In this document: positions 50,201 to 64,000 of the stretch, one piece after another
How the letters are laid out: the number at the start of each line of letters is the position of its first letter
Numbering within the stretch: position 1 is the first letter of the stretch
NCBI GenBank assembly: GCA_964247055.1
Contig: OZ176052.1
Coordinates: forward strand, 8,928,001-8,992,000
Direction of reading: 5' to 3'
DNA length: 64,000 nt
DNA from: Paragordius varius
Taxonomy: Eukaryota; Animalia; Nematomorpha
Made by a program: the position numbers and the translations under genes
Notes under the pieces: generated by a model
The model's database searches: none
What the model saw: only the letters and a program-made list of their open reading frames with translations
Told to the model about the DNA's origin: nothing

Positions 50201-53200
50201 TGATATACATACATATATATAAATACATATATAAATGATCAGAATATTTTTTATACCCCCTAATTTGGATAAAGTATATAGCATATCTATTTTTATCATA
50301 TATATAGCATATCTTATATATTTTTATCATATTTTCTCAAATAAACTATTAAGCTTTCACCAGAATAATTTTATTTAACGTTACACTGTTAAAATTGGGG
50401 GAATTAACTATTATCTTGATTAAGGTAATTTGAAACTCTTGATAATTATTTTCTTGATAATATGTTTAAATGAAATTATGGGACACATCACAACTCATAT
50501 GCTAAATTTGGTATTGGGTAATAATAAATATTTTGTATCGTTTTACATTGCATACATATATATGTGAAAGGTGATACACCTTAATTATATCGTTTCCTTA
50601 CATTGAAATAATGTTTCTTTTTTATATGTTATCATTAAATAATTGACCTAATTTATTTGATTAAACCGTACTTTGATACCTATTAAAATTTCATACCACC
50701 TTATTTTATCATATTGGTCATAATTATTTTTTATCAATCCAATTTTAATTTTTAATTATTCCTATTCTCTGGGTATTTTTTGCTTTAGTTTTTTTTAAAT
50801 TGTAGCTTTAATAATATATTTTTATATTTTACACGATAAATTAATATTAAACATTAAAATAAGATTGAAAACAAAGATTTAAATTTTTAATTCAACCCGC
50901 ACCATTGCCATTAATTTTATGATTAAGATAATTTTGTAATTAGTGGGCAGGTTTGACATTCATATAAACGGTAATTTTTATAATATCTATAATAATTCGA
51001 ATAAACGGAATTTAAATTTTACACTTTTTATTAAGTTTTTATGATAAATGTATTGCCAATTAATCTAATGTTAACACATAGGTGTTTTATAACTTGCTTT
51101 TTATTATTATTTTTAAGCTTATTTAGACGAGCATGAGATTAGCATTCATAAAATCTTTGATCAAACTTTCAAATAAAATTTTTTCTTGAGGCGTATATCT
51201 CGAATAAATGTAACTCACATAACCCAAACGGCTTCGATATTTGCTGATAAGTTTTTTAATAAACATATATTATTTGGATAGATTTGGTAAAGATTTAATT
51301 ATATAGAGACAAATGAATTAATATTTTTTTTTGTTTTTTTATTTTAAAGAAAATCGAACAATATATGATAATTCATTAAAGGATAGTTCAATATTATTAA
51401 TTATGATTTAGCAAATTGGTTGAAAGAGTATTAAAATCTTTCAGAAGTAAGCAATAATTATTTATAAAATTAAATCTTTTTAACAATTTTGCAACCGCCA
51501 CAACTAATAATATCCGACTTGGTTCCCGTCTGCATTATAACCCTCTGAAAATATATATAAAATTAATTTTGAGAAAAAATAAGCTACAGATATATAAAAA
51601 AATATAAAATGTGTAATTGTAATTTTTTTACTATTTTTGGGTCATTAGGGTTATCGGCAAAAACAATTAAGTTTGAGGGACAATGTTTTCAATTTTGACC
51701 AATTAAACTCAATAATTAACGCCTTATTTTAAGATCTGAAAAGTGCATGATGATCAGTAATAAGCTAATTATGTTAAGCCCTGTTTATTTAAAATTATGA
51801 TGAAGCTCCTATATAAGCCCCTAATCCTACATGTAATATGGCCCTTTATGCTCTGTTGTGTTTGTGGTTAATTTTTTTGCACAATTATTGTTAGACACTA
51901 TTTATATTATATTGACACACCATGATCTTTTCCTTTTTTTCTCTCTCTCTTTCTGTACCCCCTCTTCTTTTATATGTACATACAATTTTTTACAATTCTG
52001 CACCTTAAAAGACAAACAACGAAAAATTTAATGTCATTTTTCTATGCACTTTTTGTGCATGCATGCTTTGTCTGTACCATGCTAGCTAGTATATATGGAT
52101 AGACATAAACAACTTTACCCCCTCTCTATCTATCTATCTTTTACTGGTGTACGCAAAAAAAAATTATATCCCTTTTCCCTCTCCTTGTATGGTTAATATG
52201 CATACATATAAAATATTTTACATAAATATGCAAGTGAGTGAGCAAAACTATAGTAATAACATATACTGTCGTGTCGTTTAACAATAAAATTATAAATGTC
52301 ATTGTTCTTGATTTGTGGTTTTCTTATATTTATACTCTGTGTGTGTGTTTGTTTGCTTGCGAAATAGCATTAATCAATTTCCCTTTTAAACATTTTGGTA
52401 TGCGTGTTGTAATGCAAAATTTTTGATACAATATAGTTATTTTTACAAAATTTGGACATGAGATATTTGTCACATAAATCATAGATGTGTGTACGCTAAA
52501 CCCTTGAATTTTAACAGCCTTTTTAAACCTTAAAATTTATCATACAAGTGAAATTATTAAATTGGAAGATATGAATAAAATAATGATTGTTTGTCTTTTC
52601 ACTTTATAGGCGAAAGTATATTTATCCGATTTAATCTTAAAATAAAAAATTTTGAACAATTATTAAAGCTTATCAAAAGTGGTTCAAATTGTCTAATATA
52701 TTTGTATCGTTTTTTATATCATTACAATTATTTTAACAGTAAGTATTATGCGAGCTAATATAATTTATTCGTTGTGAAACATAAATCTATTTGTTTACTG
52801 CACACATGATGGTTTACCTTGAATCAGTTATGCAAGATTTTTTTAGCTACTTCGTTTACATATTCCGTTACGTTCGTTCTCATTCTCTAATTACATGTGC
52901 AAAATATTGTTTTTTTTACTTATATACGATAACTAACTTTTTTCATGGTGTGTATGGATTGTATTATAATATTTACCTCAGAAAAACTACTAATTATTTT
53001 TCCAGGTCTAATAAACGTCTCTCTTTAGGTTAAATTTAAATGTCATCAATCCCATGCTAGAAAATTTTTACAATTCTCAATTTGCAACATTATTAACGGA
53101 TTTGTTGCATAAATTCCAATTTTACATAAATTTTATTGGTTTACATAGCACAACTTATTCATCCCATGTTTCTTATGAAAATTAGGCAAACAGTATGGTT

Positions 53201-53835
53201 TTTTAAATGATAAACTATCCTAGATAAATAGATATGTGCAATTTTAGTAGCGCTAACAAAAATGTAAAATTATTTAAATTGAAATAAAACATATGTTATA
53301 TAGATTTAATTTTAATGGAATTTCAACTTTGTATAATAACACAACATAATATAATGTAGTTATTTATTTATTAGGATGTTTTTGTTTAAGATTTTATTTA
53401 TAAAAGTTATAAATGTTTCGCCACTTAACATTCGATTTTTTCGAAAATTGATTATTTCTGAGTCAGCGCTACATAGTTGAGCCAAATAAGGTTATATACC
53501 TTAATACAAATTTCAATCACCTCCCGTTTATTTTGATATATTTATATAATAAAATATTGGATTGATGATTTTGTATTTTATTAAAAATATATATTTACTT
53601 ATTTATAGAAATGATTCGATACAATTTGTAAATTGCGATGAAAAATAAGAACTCATTTCTTACCGTACACAACAACAATATTTTTTACCTATTCCTTCAA
53701 AATTTATTATAACATGCTAGTATTCACTTTCTCCCAAAAATGAAAGCAGGCTCTTTTAGCGCCATACTTTGAAAAATTTTTTTTATCAAAAGTACAAAAC
53801 TTTTATCGTACATAATATATATGACGTAGAAAAAA

Positions 53836-63503
<9,668 letters not shown>

Positions 63504-64000
63504 GTATTTTGATGTTTTGCTTAAATTATTTAAGTTTTAAGATTTAGCAGGGATAACTACAATTGTAATGGTGAATGACGGATATGTTTTGTAATAATAA
63601 CAGTTGTTAAATCCGTAAGATTATGATGAACGAAAATTAAATAGAAAATTAATTGAAAGTTAATATTAACATTAATTATAAATGATACATAAAACCCTTT
63701 CGCCAATAGTAATCGCACACTAGTTTCGTGCTTGTTAGCACTCATCAGTACGACACAACTATTTGACTTGGGGTTTTCACATATCGATTTTGTTTTAAGT
63801 CTATTTTTCTTCCGATTCCAAACTGGTTGGGGTGAAATGTTTGTCCTAAAAATTATTTTCGCCATAAATTTTTTAACTTGGATTTTTAATAATTTACTAA
63901 GAGCTTAATTATTTTACACAGCATTAACATAAAATATTATTTAACTCTACCGTTCAAATACATAAAAAAATATTTTTTATAATTTAAGTAAACACAACAT

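Overview
Very AT-rich eukaryotic (animal, probably ecdysozoan) genomic DNA with GT-AG spliceosomal introns. It is not prokaryotic, so most entries in the six-frame ORF track are exon fragments or noise. By hand-splicing I resolved four genes. (1) ORC1, minus strand, 11 exons, 1225-13612, ~686 aa, with no BAH domain. (2) RRP5/PDCD11, plus strand, 34 exons, 13663-33691, ~2,497 aa. (3) A giant trypsin-family serine protease, minus strand, 34134 to at least 43748, >=1,980 aa, convergent with RRP5. (4) Ecdysone receptor EcR/NR1H1, plus strand, from 53836 and running off the window end. ORC1 and RRP5 are head-to-head with only 50 bp between start codons. All seven introns nearest that junction are tiny (25-32 nt), whereas every other host-gene intron I resolved is 67 nt to 7 kb. 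The longer introns and intergenic DNA hold DNA transposon debris: a long-TIR Tc1/IS630-type element whose transposase appears to carry a 22-nt intron, two non-autonomous Helitrons, a mariner relic and several MITEs. The most unusual signals are the promoter-proximal tiny-intron cluster, the BAH-less ORC1, and an obligatory Cys/His-rich exon in the EcR hinge. All gene models come from manual reading with protein similarity recalled from memory. No database search or RNA evidence was available.
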